Shown here piece after piece: positions 40,601-54,191 of a stretch of DNA of 64,000 nt; position 1 is the first letter of the stretch, and each line of letters opens with the position of its first letter. The DNA is taken from positions 7,557,360 to 7,621,359 of the forward strand of contig BFEA01000008.1 of assembly GCA_003427395.1 (NCBI GenBank), read 5' to 3'. Made by a program: the position numbers and the translations under genes. This DNA is from Chara braunii. Taxonomy: Eukaryota > Plantae > Charophyceae. The notes under the pieces were generated by a model, which was not told the DNA's origin, did not search any database, and saw only the letters and a program-made list of their open reading frames with translations.

Positions 40601-41990
40601 CTTTAACTTGGGTACAGATGCAATGTTTTGCCCTTTTTGTTTTCTACAAGAAGACTCGGGTCATTTGATTATCTACGCCAAAAGAGAGGCAGGGAATCCT
40701 CAACAAGCAACCCGGAGGAAATGAGAACGTGTAATCATGCGACCTCTGCCCCAGCTTAGGAGTAGCTATCGGGGTGAAATCCAGAACCCACGCAGCACTT
40801 TCTGCACGTTCCACGACTTCTCCATTCACCATGCATGAGCAGCTGGGTGTTGAGGTCCGAGAATTGCCCATCAATTTGAAAGAGTTCTCAGGCAGGGTGG
40901 GGGGTGGGGGGATAGAAGTGCCTATCAGTACGGGGCGAACAATGCACCCAAGGTCCCACGACAACCAACCGTAGCACATGAAAAAATCGCCCGTCATGGT
41001 TGTTTGTGTTGGGACCATTGGGGGACCATTATTGCCGGTGTTGAGAGCCGGCAAGGCCGTCGACGTCTCTGCAACTCTGAGTGGCAGGAGTGCTCACACA
41101 TCTCTCTGCTCATTATTAAAAGTGCATTAACTCCCCGCTGGAAAGCAGAGGGTGGGGCGCGCATGTAACCCCGGGGCCAAGTCCCACTAGCAGCGTTGAG
41201 CTATCTCAACGCCCGAATTTGGACCCAAAGCGTACTCCATTTCAAGATATCTAGCACTAACCCTGTGTGGTAAATCCCCTTGAAATGGAGCAACTAATGC
41301 TGGCAGGCCTAATGATGTATAGGGGGATCTGGGTGCCGGATATAAAATTACAGAATTTTTTTCTCTGTTAAAAGGGATGCTGGACCCGGTTCCTAGCAGC
41401 AGGTGACGCTCCCCATCGATAGATAGAGCCTCTCCGACAGTACTAGAGAGGTGTCTGCTCCTATCAGCCCCACTAGTACTTGTCTGAGCTGTTTGAAAAA
41501 CAAAACAAAACAAAAACCTGGGAATTGCAAACAATTTTCTCCAGCCGTTTTATGGGTATATATGCAAGTTGACGCTGGGACTGGTCATAGCCGGTATTCC
41601 CATCTTTAGGTGGGGTGCAGATGCAATTTCCTGCCCCTCCGCGCCCCGATTTTTTTTTTTTTGACATAAACGCCCACCACACTTTAGCGCGAGAGGTCCT
41701 GGTTTGTATTCATCCGCAGACGGACAACATGGGCAGTTGGGAAGGAACGAGGTCGTAGGCTGGTGGGCAGCTCCAAGAATCACCGAGACGTCATCTGCTG
41801 GCCAAGGCTCAAGAAAAGAGGAAATATGTGATGATGGAGGCGATCCAGACTGGTGATTAGACCAATCCGGACAACAGCAAGGACCAGGTACATATGGGTA
41901 TGGCTTGGGAGGAGGTAAGATGGCAGAGATCAATTGACTCGCTGCGCGCCGATGAGAAGGTACAGCAGAAATTAATGGACTTGCTGTTCG
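37630..41990 (+). mobile_element. Highly decayed L1-clade LINE fragments
   Basis: FEDDTTI (FADD-like, ~37642), LIRRDIHLIKPSEGGRGI (KPxxEGGLG-like, ~38132-38185), CPFCFLQEDSGHL (zf-RVT-like, ~40630); an ~80-bp stretch at ~40550-40635 is repeated at ~41555-41640. Confidence 0.4.
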
Positions 41991-42200
41991 GTGGACTTCT
42001 GTTCGACCTTGGTAGGCGGAGACTGCGTGCGTCAGGTGGAACTGCCGTCACACCATGGGAATTTCTTTTGCTCGAAATCGTCTCTATGATAAACCAACGA
42101 CTTTGGTACGTTACGCATGTCAAGTGCGCAGCATGTTTTTCGCATCGTTGATCGGAGTAGGCTATCAGGGTTGAATTAGTGACTGCGGTGAAGTCGAGTA

Positions 42201-42212
42201 CATATTCACTGT

Positions 42213-42252
<40 letters not shown>

Positions 42253-42289
42253 TTCTCGATTTGCAGAGAACAATCGGAACTGAGGCAAT
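42201..42289 (-). pseudogene. Fragment of organellar (probably mitochondrial) or bacterial SSU rRNA, NUMT-like
   Basis: gcatgctgatccgcgattactagcgattccaacttcatgttctcg...gcagagaacaatcggaactgagg is the reverse complement of the conserved 16S-type 3' major domain. Confidence 0.85.
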
Positions 42290-43044
42290 GTCAGGATTAG
42301 CACGAGAGTAGTGCTGCCATTTTCTCAACTCCAAGAAGACATTCTCGTCATATCTATGCGAAAGAAATGGCCACTTTTGAACGCGTGTGGTCATGTGTGA
42401 TTGGGATTTAAACCACCAGGGCCGTTTCCAGCCTTTTTAAATCGGGATTTGCACCTTGTCCTATCGGACTGAAATGGCTGGCGACATCAGGCGAAGGATA
42501 AAGTCATTTACTTAAGGGTAGGTAAAAATATATATATAAATATGTATATAAATATATAACTTTTAGGTTTAAAATCTTTTCATTCTTTATCATTTTTTTT
42601 TTCTTGAAATTGGAGACTACCGACAGTAATCAAATACAATGGTTGTTTTTATTTTGTTCACCTAAACAGTAAGTTGTTTTTCTTATCTTCTAAGTATGTA
42701 TTTTAATTTGTTTTTTTTTTTACTTGAGGATTTTGTTTTTTTGGGCCGGCAGAATTCCTTGAAACTTGGCAGAAGGGTTTTCGTGCACAACGTATTCCTT
42801 GGCATGGTGCCCCGGGAGCAACACTTTGGGGGAGAATGGTTCAATCTATACCTGGTACGAGGGATTGTGTGCAACTCTGTCACATAGATGTGATCTGGCC
42901 CTGCTGGAAAGGAAGTGTGCTCCCTATGGTGAATGTTCTGTTGTGGAACTACTGTGTCCTATATACTCCTGTTTACTGAAAATAGCCAGAATCGCCCCCT
43001 TGTGTGCATTTCCATCACCATTGTAGTGGTGTACAAGGTGGACG

Positions 43045-43096
<52 letters not shown>

Positions 43097-44050
43097 CAAG
43101 CAACTGTCACTCCGTCCACTCCTTGGAGTCACTCAGAGAAACTCTCCTTTTCGATCTTTACCTTGTTCAGTCTTGGGTCTGCATAAAATGTCCCTTAGCT
43201 TACCTCTTGCAAGTGTAGGCTCTCCAAGGAGTAATCAGGCCTCTGAGCAATAAGGTTAGTGGGCAGTATCAAGAAAGTGGCATACGACGCAGTTGGATCC
43301 TCCATTTTGGATCTCAAGCAAAATGCATTGAGGTCCTCCACCAGAAACAACGGACCTTGCAACAGTGTACAGTGTCTCGCCACACGACAGATGACACAGT
43401 GTTCAAAATGGAGTAAAAGAAACAGATGATTATGCCTTCGTGCTGATTCCACAGGATTGGACACCAAGGGAGGAGGGTACTCCACATGATTCCAGCACTT
43501 CCCAGCACTCGCTCATTTCATGTATAGAACAACGTTTGCAGTTCGTTGGCTCTAACACTCACCTCTATACCTTTGATAACCCTTTGGCCAGTCAGGTGGC
43601 CAGTATTCCTATGGGCACTAATGTCGGACAGAAAATTGCCAACGTCACACTCTAAGGCACACAGTTCAACGATGAAGTTATGTGCGCTGCTCAAGCATAT
43701 GCATTTATTTACATATTAGTTCATCGATGACATCCTATCTCTGATCAAAACTCCACCCACTCCTACTCGCTATGCTCATAATCACGTCTCTTCCTCGACT
43801 CAAAAATCTTGGTTTTGGGGACTCGGAGTCGTTTCGCATTGCTATGTCTGGTAAGGTTGATGCTACATCATTGCCATGCGCTATTCCAGTTCGTCCTCCA
43901 ATATTGCAGCACGTCGGCCTGCATGTGTGCTCACGGGATTAATTGATAATGTTTGAGCATATTTATAACAAGACTACTGATTTCAAAGCTTCAGTGGCTT
44001 TAGTGGCTTCCATGACACGAGGTATGCTTGTAACTAGAGGCCGCTTTATC

Positions 44051-44146
44051 TTCAAAATAGTCCATAAAGCTATGCAGCTCATACTGGAGATGATCTACGA
44101 AGAGAAATTTATTGATTGCAGTCATGCTTTTCAGCCTGGTAGAGGC
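44051..44146 (+). pseudogene. Fragment of a group II intron RT/maturase (RT domain 2/2a)
   Basis: KIVHKAMQLILEMIYEEKFIDCSHAFQPGRG matches the D(K/R)IVQxAxxxxLExIYExxFxxxSxGFRPGR motif. Confidence 0.75.
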
Positions 44147-44768
44147 TCCGCCGGGTTATTCTCCTAGTATCCTCGCCAGAGGTTGGATGACATGTATGCG
44201 TCTCATCATTGGCTGCCTACTCATGTACTGGTTTTGCCACAAGGTGCGCTTGTGACTTCGTCACACCTCTGCCGAATGCTAATTCTTAGCACATCATGTA
44301 GTATAGATCCTCCACACAACCACACACAAAGAGTCGCCTTCCATTCCTAAATGCTGATTTTAGTACAAGGAATATCAACCCTCCACCTAACTACATGAAG
44401 TGAGCCCTCCCTCCCCTACTATCACTATCGGAGCGATAACTATTAAATTGGATACTGCAACCAATCAGCCATAGTAGACAACATAAATGTTGCCAGAGTC
44501 GCTGCAGGGGATGATAGTTTGCATCCTCGACAACCATCACTGACTCCTTCACCTGCACCTACTCGATCATCAGTCCCTCACTCCATCTTTTTTTTTTTTT
44601 TTTTTTTTTTTTGCGTCCTTCTCCTACTCCTCCTAACATTCATGCCCCTCGATGCCATCCTCGTCCTTAACCGATTCATGGTCTAATTGGTCGTTGCAGA
44701 GGCCTCTTCAACAGAGACGTTCCCCATCTCCCCCAAACACTTGTTTTTTTTTGTATAACTAATGATGT

Positions 44769-47700
44769 TACTAATCTATATTTTTCTCTCAATCTATCTA
44801 CACTTATCATCCAGCATTCATCTCATGTATCTCATCCTGTCGCTACTCTATGTATAGTACAGGGGAACACCAACCAAATATGGAACTCACCACAACAGCG
44901 GCACGGGAGCAAGGCTTGCATCAACCCCTCATCACAATGATGCTGGGTGATCGGGCATTGCCGACGAGGGGAACCGGCAATGCTAGTGCCAAGCATCTTT
45001 GCCCAAACGCTTCCTTAACAGTGGCCTCGTTTATGTATGGACAATGTGATCATCGCGTCCCCATCAGGGATTGGAGATTGAATGTGATGCCATGCTCATA
45101 ATTTTTTATTTTTTATTTTATTTTATAAACGAATCTCGAGGCAGGAGCCCACTTAAACCACCAGTACTTGGCCCAACTATCGCCCACGGCGCTGCCCCGT
45201 TAACGTGTCGCGCTGGGTACCAGACCACAGATGGTTGGAAGCGTCAGCCAAAAACAAATTGAAACGGTACCTCGGCGCTGTGGTAAAAATTGGCGCACAA
45301 GGGCATTCCAAACTCGACATCGATAGTTGGTCAAAGTTCTGATGGTTTAAGGTGGTGATAACAGCATCCCCCTTAATTGCTCCGTGTGAGGAAGACTCTA
45401 TCTATTGGTGGGTAAAAACACCTGCTGGAGAGTGGTGTTAGCATCCTTGCAATTAATAATATTAAGGAAATCAACAATTTGATTGAGCATTGCTAAGATG
45501 TATGCACCTATAGTACTACGAATTGTAAAGGAACCACTAGATTGTCTGGACACTGCTGAGATGTGTGCCTGTATAGTCCCGTGGATGCTACCCTGCGTAT
45601 TTGTCTCCATGTCTCCCCACCCCTGTAGGCCCTGCATCCCTATGATTGACAACATTGGGGAAACTAGTTTTATGTTTGAGCACTGTTAAGGTGAATGCAT
45701 CTATAGTTCTGTTGATAGTATAAGAAATCACTAGATTGTCCAAGCACTGTTGAGCTGTGTGAATCAACTGTCAAAGAATGGTCCGCAAGATTGTATCAGC
45801 ACTGTCGAGTTGTGTGCATCTACAATCCTGTAGATGCTCGCCTGTAGCTTTGACCCTGGGTCTTCCACCCTGTCCTAAACCCAGTGGAACTCAAATGTTT
45901 TTTCCCCCTACCGTATAGCCTGAAAGTATTTTGATGTACTACTCCTATAGTCAATCCTTCCATGCACCCGCTTATCGTGCATCCCAAGAACATCGACCTT
46001 TGCTTCGCTTACATATCTTGGTCGCGGCTCCTCCATTGCATAAGCTTCACTTAGTCCCGCATCAGACGGGATTGCCTTTTGTCGCTCTCACCAACCCTGA
46101 TTAAGTCTCTCCATCACCCTAATTAGTCTTGTTGCTTCCTCACACCGCTCTCTATTTTTCAATGTTTGGAAGGTTTGCATGTCGTTTACAGTCTGGAAAG
46201 CTTACCGCTGCCGTTATTTGTGAGTCTCGTTGCTTGATCAGGCTTGTCCGCAACGATTGAGTATGGGTGACTGCAGGAGTAAAGGGGAGGGAGGGGGGAG
46301 GGGGGACACAGGGGAAGGATCCCCTGAAAGTGGGAGAGGGGGGAAGGGTGTTACAAGGGGGGGTTCCCCAGCAATGGGGGGTTCTGAGTGACATTTCCCC
46401 TAGATTGGGGTATGGTCATTGGTGGGCAGACGAGAGAGAGGGGTTTGGGGAAGGGTCGGGTAAGTGGTGGTAGGGATGAGGGACAGAGAGGGGAGTGGGC
46501 TGTTTGTAGTGGGGGCTGTGTTGGGGACTGGGGTGGAAACCTCTTTGATGATGATGGTTTTGAACAGGAGGGGTTAGTTTTGTAGTGGAGACCTTTCATT
46601 TTCACGGAGTGGGAGTATTGTATTTTAAGAAAAAAGTAATTAGCTCGTAGTCATAATTTCAATTTAAAATTCAGTTCATGCGTCCCTTCAATACAAAACA
46701 TCTCCATCGGACCCTTAAACTAAGTCTTATACATTCAACACACTTGGAACAACGTTCCTGAAATTGTGACTAAAGCGCATTTTCAAGCTAAAACTGTGAC
46801 AACACAGTCCTTTGAGATTGGGTCGAGTTGTGTCGAGGATAAGCTTGGCTTGACTGTCTGACTCATTCCAAAGGCTGCAACATATGATGTAAGCCTGAGG
46901 GACGTTGGTTCATTTCCCAACCTATAAACCAGCATTATGTTTCCCGACCATGAGGAAAAACAGTAAATTAGGTCACCATCAGATGAACTTTTGATGAAAC
47001 GGACCACTTCATTTTTGCAACTTTTTTTGATCCAACTTAATCGAAAGAAGATTGAACTGGCGTTGCTGCCACTTCGTGGCCTTTGACATGTAAGAGTCAT
47101 ACAAAAGTCGATTGTTACGGTATTTCTTAATGTGAAAAAAAACACCTAAATACGAAAAAACAAATATGTAAAGTATACCTACATTTTAATATGATAGTAC
47201 GATACCATAAATGTAATGATTGAAGTCATTATAAAGCTGAATAAATTAGCACTACTTTGTAGAATAGGCTCATTTGTCTCTGTTCGACTTGTAGGTCTCA
47301 CAGTGAGGTATGTTTTGACCATTACGCTCTACAGTTGCGCAAAGCGCTAGCTATAACCTACCTTCGTGCGCCTTCGTTACTCTTTAGGCAATTGTGTTAA
47401 TCTAATCCGCGCTTGGAAATTAAAATTGATAGGGAAAGTACCAGATGCAATCGTAAGCTTGTATCATAAAAGTGCCTCAGCAGTATGATGGTATCATAAA
47501 GTCCCCCACCCTGAAAAAAAAAGGTAAAGCTGTTTCAATTTTTTGTAGACTCGTTTGGGTGGAACATAGGTTGTCGTGGTGACTGTTTTAAACATGCATA
47601 TACACACATAAGCACGCAAACACAAACATAAAAACACATATTTATTTATTTACTGATTTACTATTTTTTTTATTTATGGATTATGTTTGTTTTTTTTCTT

Positions 47701-48501
47701 TTTATTTTCTTGGGATTTTTTTTTTTTTTTCTATTATAAAACTATGGTATATTCTTCTCTTATATCTCTCATCATCTTTCAAATTCTTTCAATTCACCTT
47801 CACTACCTACCTACCACTACTCCTAAGGCTTATACAGGGCCCCCCTGCAAACATAGCTTTGTTGTCTCCCTCCAACCATTAGAGGGGATGCATCTTGCCA
47901 CCCGCCCCAACCATGGTGGTCAAGGATGGGGTGGGGCCCCCGGTGGGGTTCCGGCTAACGCAAGGACCGAGCATTTTATCAGTGGTTGCGCCTCCCTTTT
48001 CATCGCCCCCCACCCCCCAACCGAATAACAACAGTGTCTAGGGCAACACTCTGGCTAATACGGGTGTGAGTGTGAGTGTGAGTGCCTTGTGTGTGTTGTG
48101 TGTGAAAGGATTATGTATTCTGTTAGATGATCAATATTAATGATTTTTTTATGGCTTTGGCCTTGAGGCTGTAGGGGGGTAACTCATTTTTTTATCGGAC
48201 CTAAGATGATATAGGCGGGTTGGGGGGGGAGGTAGGGGGAGGTGTAGTGGCTGGCCATTGCTCGGCGCTAGCACCGTTGATTTCCCTGATCAGCAATGCC
48301 TGCCCACCCTCCATCAGCGTGATGAGGGACTGATACAACCTTGCTTTTGCACCATTGCTGTGGTGCCAACCGACCTCGTGGGCTAGGGAGAGATCTGGGT
48401 TGGTTGATGTTCCCCCGTACTATACATAGACTAGCGAGAGGATGAGATAGATGAGTACTGGCAAGAAACTGAGATAGATGAGAAAGTAATATAGCTTAGT
48501 G
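44769..48501. repeat. Pair of ~230-240 bp inverted repeats (44769-44997 and 48258-48501)
   Basis: ctcatcct.tcgcta.tctatgtatagtac.ggggaaca.caacc versus ggttgatgttcccccgtactatacatagactagcgagaggatgag; homology extends over both arms. Confidence 0.75.
45153..45350. mobile_element. TTAA-flanked MITE (piggyBac/Kolobok-like target, superfamily unresolved)
   Basis: ~30-bp TIR ttaaaccaccagtacttggcccaactatcg / cgatagttggtcaaagttctgatggtttaa. Confidence 0.75.
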
Positions 48502-48782
48502 GTTAGAGCACCGGTTGGAAATGCGCATAGTGGTGTGAGGTTGCCGATTCAGATCCACAACCTTGCGCATGGACACCGGTAGGGCGTTAGAATGACACAC
48601 GGTTGGATATACACCCCCTTGGGCTGACACATGGTAAGTTATTACAGACACTGCATGCGCACCACTCAAGGGTTGTCCACGGTGTTGTATGTCGGATCTT
48701 GATACTGCATGAGTTGCTTGTCGCTGTTTCTTATGGTTGTTCTGTTGATCTCCGAGTCTGGCATATCACACACAGGTGCTGT

Positions 48783-48858
48783 TTGCGATTGTTGCTCAAA
48801 TGGTAGAGTCTTCAGGTCACATGTCATAGATCATGGGTTCGAGTCCGGATTGGGACTT
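48783..48858 (+). other. tRNA-derived pseudogene or SINE head
   Basis: A-box ttgctcaaatggtagag and B-box ggttcgagtcc (48836-48846) at tRNA-like spacing; stems degenerate. Confidence 0.55.
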
Positions 48859-50108
48859 TAGGGGGGCCTTTTCCAACTTGGCCTGTCATCTCTTCAGCAA
48901 ACATGTAGTTCCCTCTGCATAGTAGTACTACACATATCTGGCCTTCAGGCACATACATCTCACTGTACACTTACACAGAGCACACATAGCCTTCAGACAA
49001 ACACAAACATGGCTTGTGAACATATGTACACAGCCTACGGGCTCATACAAACATACATAGCCTCTGACACACATATAGAGACAACTATGATACGGGGCTG
49101 GGGGGGTCTATCTGGTATATGACTGGATCTACTCATGCATGGCTTAGCTCTAGGGTCGGGTAGGGATATAAGTCGTTCCGGCTAGTCTGAGTTCCGCCTA
49201 GCCTTGGGTAAGTTAGGGGAAGGACGGTAGGATGTGTCCGTGGGCGCTGGCTTGTCTTGCTTAGGTACTCCTGCTGGCTAGACTCTCTATATTGGGCCTG
49301 TAGAAGATTGCATGAGCCTGGCGTCCAAAGTTCCCATACCGCGAGGTTCGTCGGGTTCCGCCTCCACTAGGCTGGGGGGTTGGCCCAGCCTTGGTGCTCG
49401 TCACTGCTGTCTGGTCCAAGTTGCCCTCGATACTGGTAGAGTGATGGTCCTGAGTGCTGGTCACACCGAGGTAGGATAGCAGGGACAGGGGGTGCGCGTG
49501 GGGATGGGTAGGGTAGGTGGCCCATCCTGTCAGAACAACCATTGGCTGCCGCTGCCAGCAGTCACCGCGGGTCTGGTCCGTGGCCTCTACAACAAAAAAA
49601 AAATGACAAAAAAAAGAAAAGATGGCATAGGCGGCAGTAACGGAGGAAATCAACCGCATTCATCAGCGCGTCAAATGCAAAACCGACCCCTCATTTCCGT
49701 GACAAAGGTCCTCAACCCCGAAATGGCCCAGGCAATGCTAGGACTGAAATGGCCCTATGGCTCTCCGCGGTAAGCCAGAGCCCCGAGAGGATGTCCAGAG
49801 ACGCCCCTCAGCAGCTTCGACGAGTAGTTACCGATGTGGGCTCGCAGGAACGGGCCGACGACCATCCATAGCGTTCTGGAACGACACGGAACTCGAAGGC
49901 GAAGTATTTATTCCTGGAATACAATCAGCTCGTCTCTTTGTTTCGGCGCCGTGCTGACTCCTGTTTAGGGCGGGGAAACGCTCCGCGAAGACTCTTCACA
50001 CTCAGGACCAGTATCGTGCCGTAAGCCTGCGACAAGTCGGCGCAGAACGAAGTGTCGAGGTGCTGCAGGCTTGCGGACGCGCCATCGCCAGGGTACGTGG
50101 GACTGTGT

Positions 50109-50201
<93 letters not shown>

Positions 50202-50894
50202 CGCTCGCTCGCTTATATCCACGACCTCAGCGGCCGCGCTTACCACGCACGCGTTCGGACACTCTAGGGGTTTCGTGATTTGAAGCAGAGGGGAACATCA
50301 ACGGAGGACGTAGCGGTATATTAATGTTCCCCATCAGCCTCCACCTTACCCCTCCTCCTTTAGCTGCATTCACTGTCCCAATGTCTTTTTTGCTACGCCC
50401 TAGCTTTCTGATTTTCGCTCAAGGTCGAAGCCGGTGAACACTACGGCAGGGCGAGTCCACAACCCTCCTATTCGCCGTCACTTTGGGGCCGCGTGACCGA
50501 ATTGGGATATGATCTTTCTTCCTCCTCCCCCCGTACCTCCTTGATAGTTGCTCTCTGCGAACGTTAACGATTGGTTGTGTCGCTTGATTACGTGCAGCTC
50601 GTTCCTCTCTTTTGTGTGAGCTATGTCGTAGGAAAGATTCTCTTCAGCGACGGCTGAATAAGGAAGTCTTGCTGAGATTTTGTGTCGAGGAGCGCTCGGA
50701 AGATTTGATCTGCGACCTGCTGACCATGGACTCGAAAGTAGCTGGTCATTTTGTGATTGTAGCCTACATCGCCTTCATGGATCTGATGTGCACTCGGTCG
50801 ATGTCGATTGCGGTAGCAGTACTCGCCAACGCAATGGCCGCCCCACATGGGCTGGGTGCTCTACGCTACCTCGGACGTATCATCCGCTACTTTT

Positions 50895-50896
<2 letters not shown>

Positions 50897-50972
<76 letters not shown>

Positions 50973-51910
50973 NNNNNNNNNNNNNNNNNNNNNNNNNNNN
51001 NNNTTGGATTTTTCTTCTTTTTCCGCTTTTTTTTTATCTTCGCTGATTTTCTCCTCCCTCCCGCCTCTTTTCTTCGTTCTCCGTCCTCCCTCGTTCCGCT
51101 GGAAGTGCTCCCTCCCTCCTTGTACCCTCCAGCAGAACTCCCTCCTCCCTTTCTTCTCCGGTTTTTCTACCTACCTCCTTGCTCCTCACGCCGGCATCCT
51201 CGTCCGTTCATTCTCGCGACCTCCACCCTTCCTCCGCTCGACCTCTTCCCTCCTGCCTCCTCTGCCCGATCTCCTTCTCCCGAACGCCTCTTCTTCCGCC
51301 CGGTGTACTCCATCCCGACGCCCGACCGTCTCCTTTCCGCTGTCAGGCCTCTCTTTCTCCGCACTCCCTCCGCACGACCTCGTCCTCCCTTCCTCAGCCC
51401 TCCCTCCTCACTCCTGGGGTCCTCCGCCGTCCCTCCGCCCGCCCTCCGCCCGCCCTCGCTTCCTCCTTCTGACCCCTCCCCCTGCCGGATGTTCGTCTCC
51501 ATTCCTCGTCCCGTCCGCCTCCCTCCGCGAGACCCTCCTCCACTTCCCCTGCCTGTGCTACGCCCAGCCTCTGCTCGACCTCGGTTCTCCCTTCCCTCTC
51601 TTCGCTCGATCTCCGCCCGAACTTCTCTCCCCAACCTTCTCACACCCTCCGCGCGACCTCCTCCCTTTCTCCGTCCCTCCTTCCTCTGTACGTCCTCCTT
51701 CGCCCGACCTCTCCCTTCTTTCTGCGTCATCCCTCCCTCCGCCCTACCGCTTCCGTCCCCCTTATCTCCGTCGGCTCCCTCGCCGTTTCTGCGTACTTCC
51801 TCCCTCTGCCCGACCTCACCCCTTCATCTGCCCTTGTCTTTTTTCCCCCTTTTGGCTTGATGTAAACGAAGGATTTCTTTCTTGGATCTCAAAAGGGGCC
51901 ACGGGCGCAC

Positions 51911-51966
<56 letters not shown>

Positions 51967-52063
51967 GAGAGGTGATGGCCACGGTGCCTCTGGAAAGTTC
52001 CAGAGGTGGTGGCTTGCATGAAGGAAGCAGAGGGTGTGGCGAGCATGACCTTGTGTCTGTGTC

Positions 52064-52119
<56 letters not shown>
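50897..52119. repeat. (GA)n tracts flanking an ~830-bp pyrimidine-rich low-complexity block
   Basis: GA repeats at 50897-50972, 51913-51962 and 52069-52119; C/T-rich 51004-51840; N gap at 50973-51003. Confidence 0.85.
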
Positions 52120-52124
<5 letters not shown>

Positions 52125-52623
52125 AGGTTGACTCGCCGTTGCTCCCAAGTTTATCTGCTCCGGCGACAGCGACAACGCCAAAGGGGATGCCTATTGCTTC
52201 ACTGTTCTTTCCGTATTTTTCGGGTATTTGTCCTTTTGCGGTGAAGGGGAGCTTTCTAGCTTTCCAGCGAAGGTGCACACCACAGTGTGTAACGCATCTT
52301 CTTCTTGAAAGAACAGTGAAGCAATATGCATCCCCGCTGGCGCATATTGTAGCCTTATATGCCCTAGCTAGGGCATATAAGTCAGAGCAGTGAGCACTAA
52401 TAAGGTACCCACTCGGTCTACAATATGCCTTCGCACTTGCCATTTCACGCAGAACACATTGTGATGTGTTCTGTTCTGACGGCAGCAGCGACCACAATGC
52501 ATACCCAGCCCCTGTGGCTGAACGGCATACCCACAAACTTCTGGTAGACAGAGCCAAGCTCGAATCCAGATGAAACCTGGTGCGGAACCTAACTCTTGAA
52601 TTCGCCCGACACCGGTCAGGTAG

Positions 52624-52900
52624 ACGATGATCTCCCGGGGCCCTTTCTTTGCCATTTCGGAAAAAAGAAGGCAAAATAAAAGGCTGTGCAGATACCCGAG
52701 TCGCACACCTTTTTTCCATTTCGGAAAAAACTTCTTTTTTCCATTTTGGAAAAAGAAGGAAAACGATGATCTCCCGGGGCCCTTTCTTTGCCATATCGGA
52801 AAGAAGTTAAGGCAAAACAAAAAGGTCTGTGCAGATACCCGAGTCGCACACTTCTTTTTTCCATTTCGGAAGAAACTTCTTTCTATTTCGGGGAAAACGA
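52624..52900. repeat. ~140-bp tandem duplication
   Basis: acgatgatctcccggggccctttctttgccat at 52624 and 52763. Confidence 0.85.
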
Positions 52901-54059
52901 AGGAAAAAAAAAGGAACATGCTCCGAAACCCTATTCTCCATGCGGCAGTGCAGATCTCCGCGGTCTTTGCCGTTTCGGGAAAAAGAAGGAACAGGCTCTG
53001 AAACCCTTTCTCCATGCGGCAAATTCCAAGCGGAATTTTGTCTGGGTGTACTGCCGTCTCTCTATTTCTCTCCATTGTACCTTGTCCCCTTCCCCCCCCC
53101 CCCCTCCTTCTTATGTTGTTGCTGCCATACATGTGATCATAATTAGTTAGTGCGTGTAAGGATTGCAGGGTTGGTGAGAGTGAAGTAGGCCACTTTTCTT
53201 AGGAGCGTCACTAACTCGGGGCCACGTGGCGAGTCCTTATCCATCTGTCAAATGCATCCTGGGCAGACTGTTGGGGTTCGACCTCCCTAATGAATGAGTC
53301 GGTGACACAGTCTGTGTCACGGTCGTTTTTTTTTTTTTTTTTTGTGGACTTGTGTATCGAACATGACAATGCAACTCACACCCACCCACGCGCCGCGCGC
53401 TCTCACACGTACACGCGCACTTACTGTGATTGGCCTTTCTTTCTTATTTGCTTCTTCATCGACCGTAACTTGACTGTAAGAAACTGTATTTGGTCACGAA
53501 TGTGGTTTTGAGGGCGGCCGTGAGGTCACCTGTAGTTATACAAGTTCGGGACCGTAGGGGCATATGGCCTATACCTTCAAATGGCAAGAGTAGAGTAGAC
53601 AGAGCATGCCAAAGAAGCACATCCATAGAGGCGCGAGGAGCAGACTCTGCGCGTATGCACTTCATCTCCCGCACTTAGGTGGATGGTACCTTTTGTGGAG
53701 TTGTGTATAGCTAACATGGCAAAACACACACGAGTTTTACCTTGTGTGGAAGTCCGATAAAACTGTCTTTACCTTTGTGGAAGTCCGATAAAACTGTCTT
53801 TCCCTTTGTGGAAGATCGATAAAACTGTCTGGCGCAGTCATATGCTTATTTTTATGTGGAGTTGTGTGTCTAACGAACATGGCAACGCGCATGCACACAC
53901 GTTTGGCATTTGGTGGAAGTCCGAGTAACCAGTCTGGCTCAGTCTTGCGGAGTTAGGAAGTGCAGTTAAGTCCGAGTAACCAGTCTGGCTCAGTCTTGCG
54001 GTGTTAGGAAGCGCGGTTGACCAAGTATCTTTGCTTTTCTGTGGATCGTCCTTCTGTTT

Positions 54060-54191
54060 CCGTCTTCAGGGGAAAAAATCACTGCCGCCTGCCTCCGAGC
54101 ATAACGCAGCCTGATCGCGAATGTTTACAAGCCATCTTTCCGGCTGGATGCAGTCATAATGAGGGTGCGATGTGTTCGGGGGAAGACGGTA
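54060..54191. mobile_element. Tc1/mariner (pogo-like) hairpin MITE
   Basis: ccgtcttc...cataacgca / gggtgcgatgtgttcgggggaagacggTA. Confidence 0.6.

Noticed and set aside
49757-50896. Coding-like fragments (AFWNDTELEG; LLRFCVEERSEDL...) possibly from LTR or Harbinger elements
   Set aside because: Cannot be assigned to a family without a database search.
50680-51966. Long ORFs of 428 and 337 aa
   Set aside because: Produced by (GA)n, an N gap and a C/T-rich low-complexity tract lacking stop codons; no domain signal.
51889-53150. Overlapping 250-300 aa minus-strand ORFs
   Set aside because: Built from tandem repeats and microsatellites; no domain motifs.
53740-53830. Short direct repeats resembling a CRISPR array (also 39233-39320)
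   Set aside because: Head-to-tail repeats without unique spacers, eukaryotic context, no cas genes.
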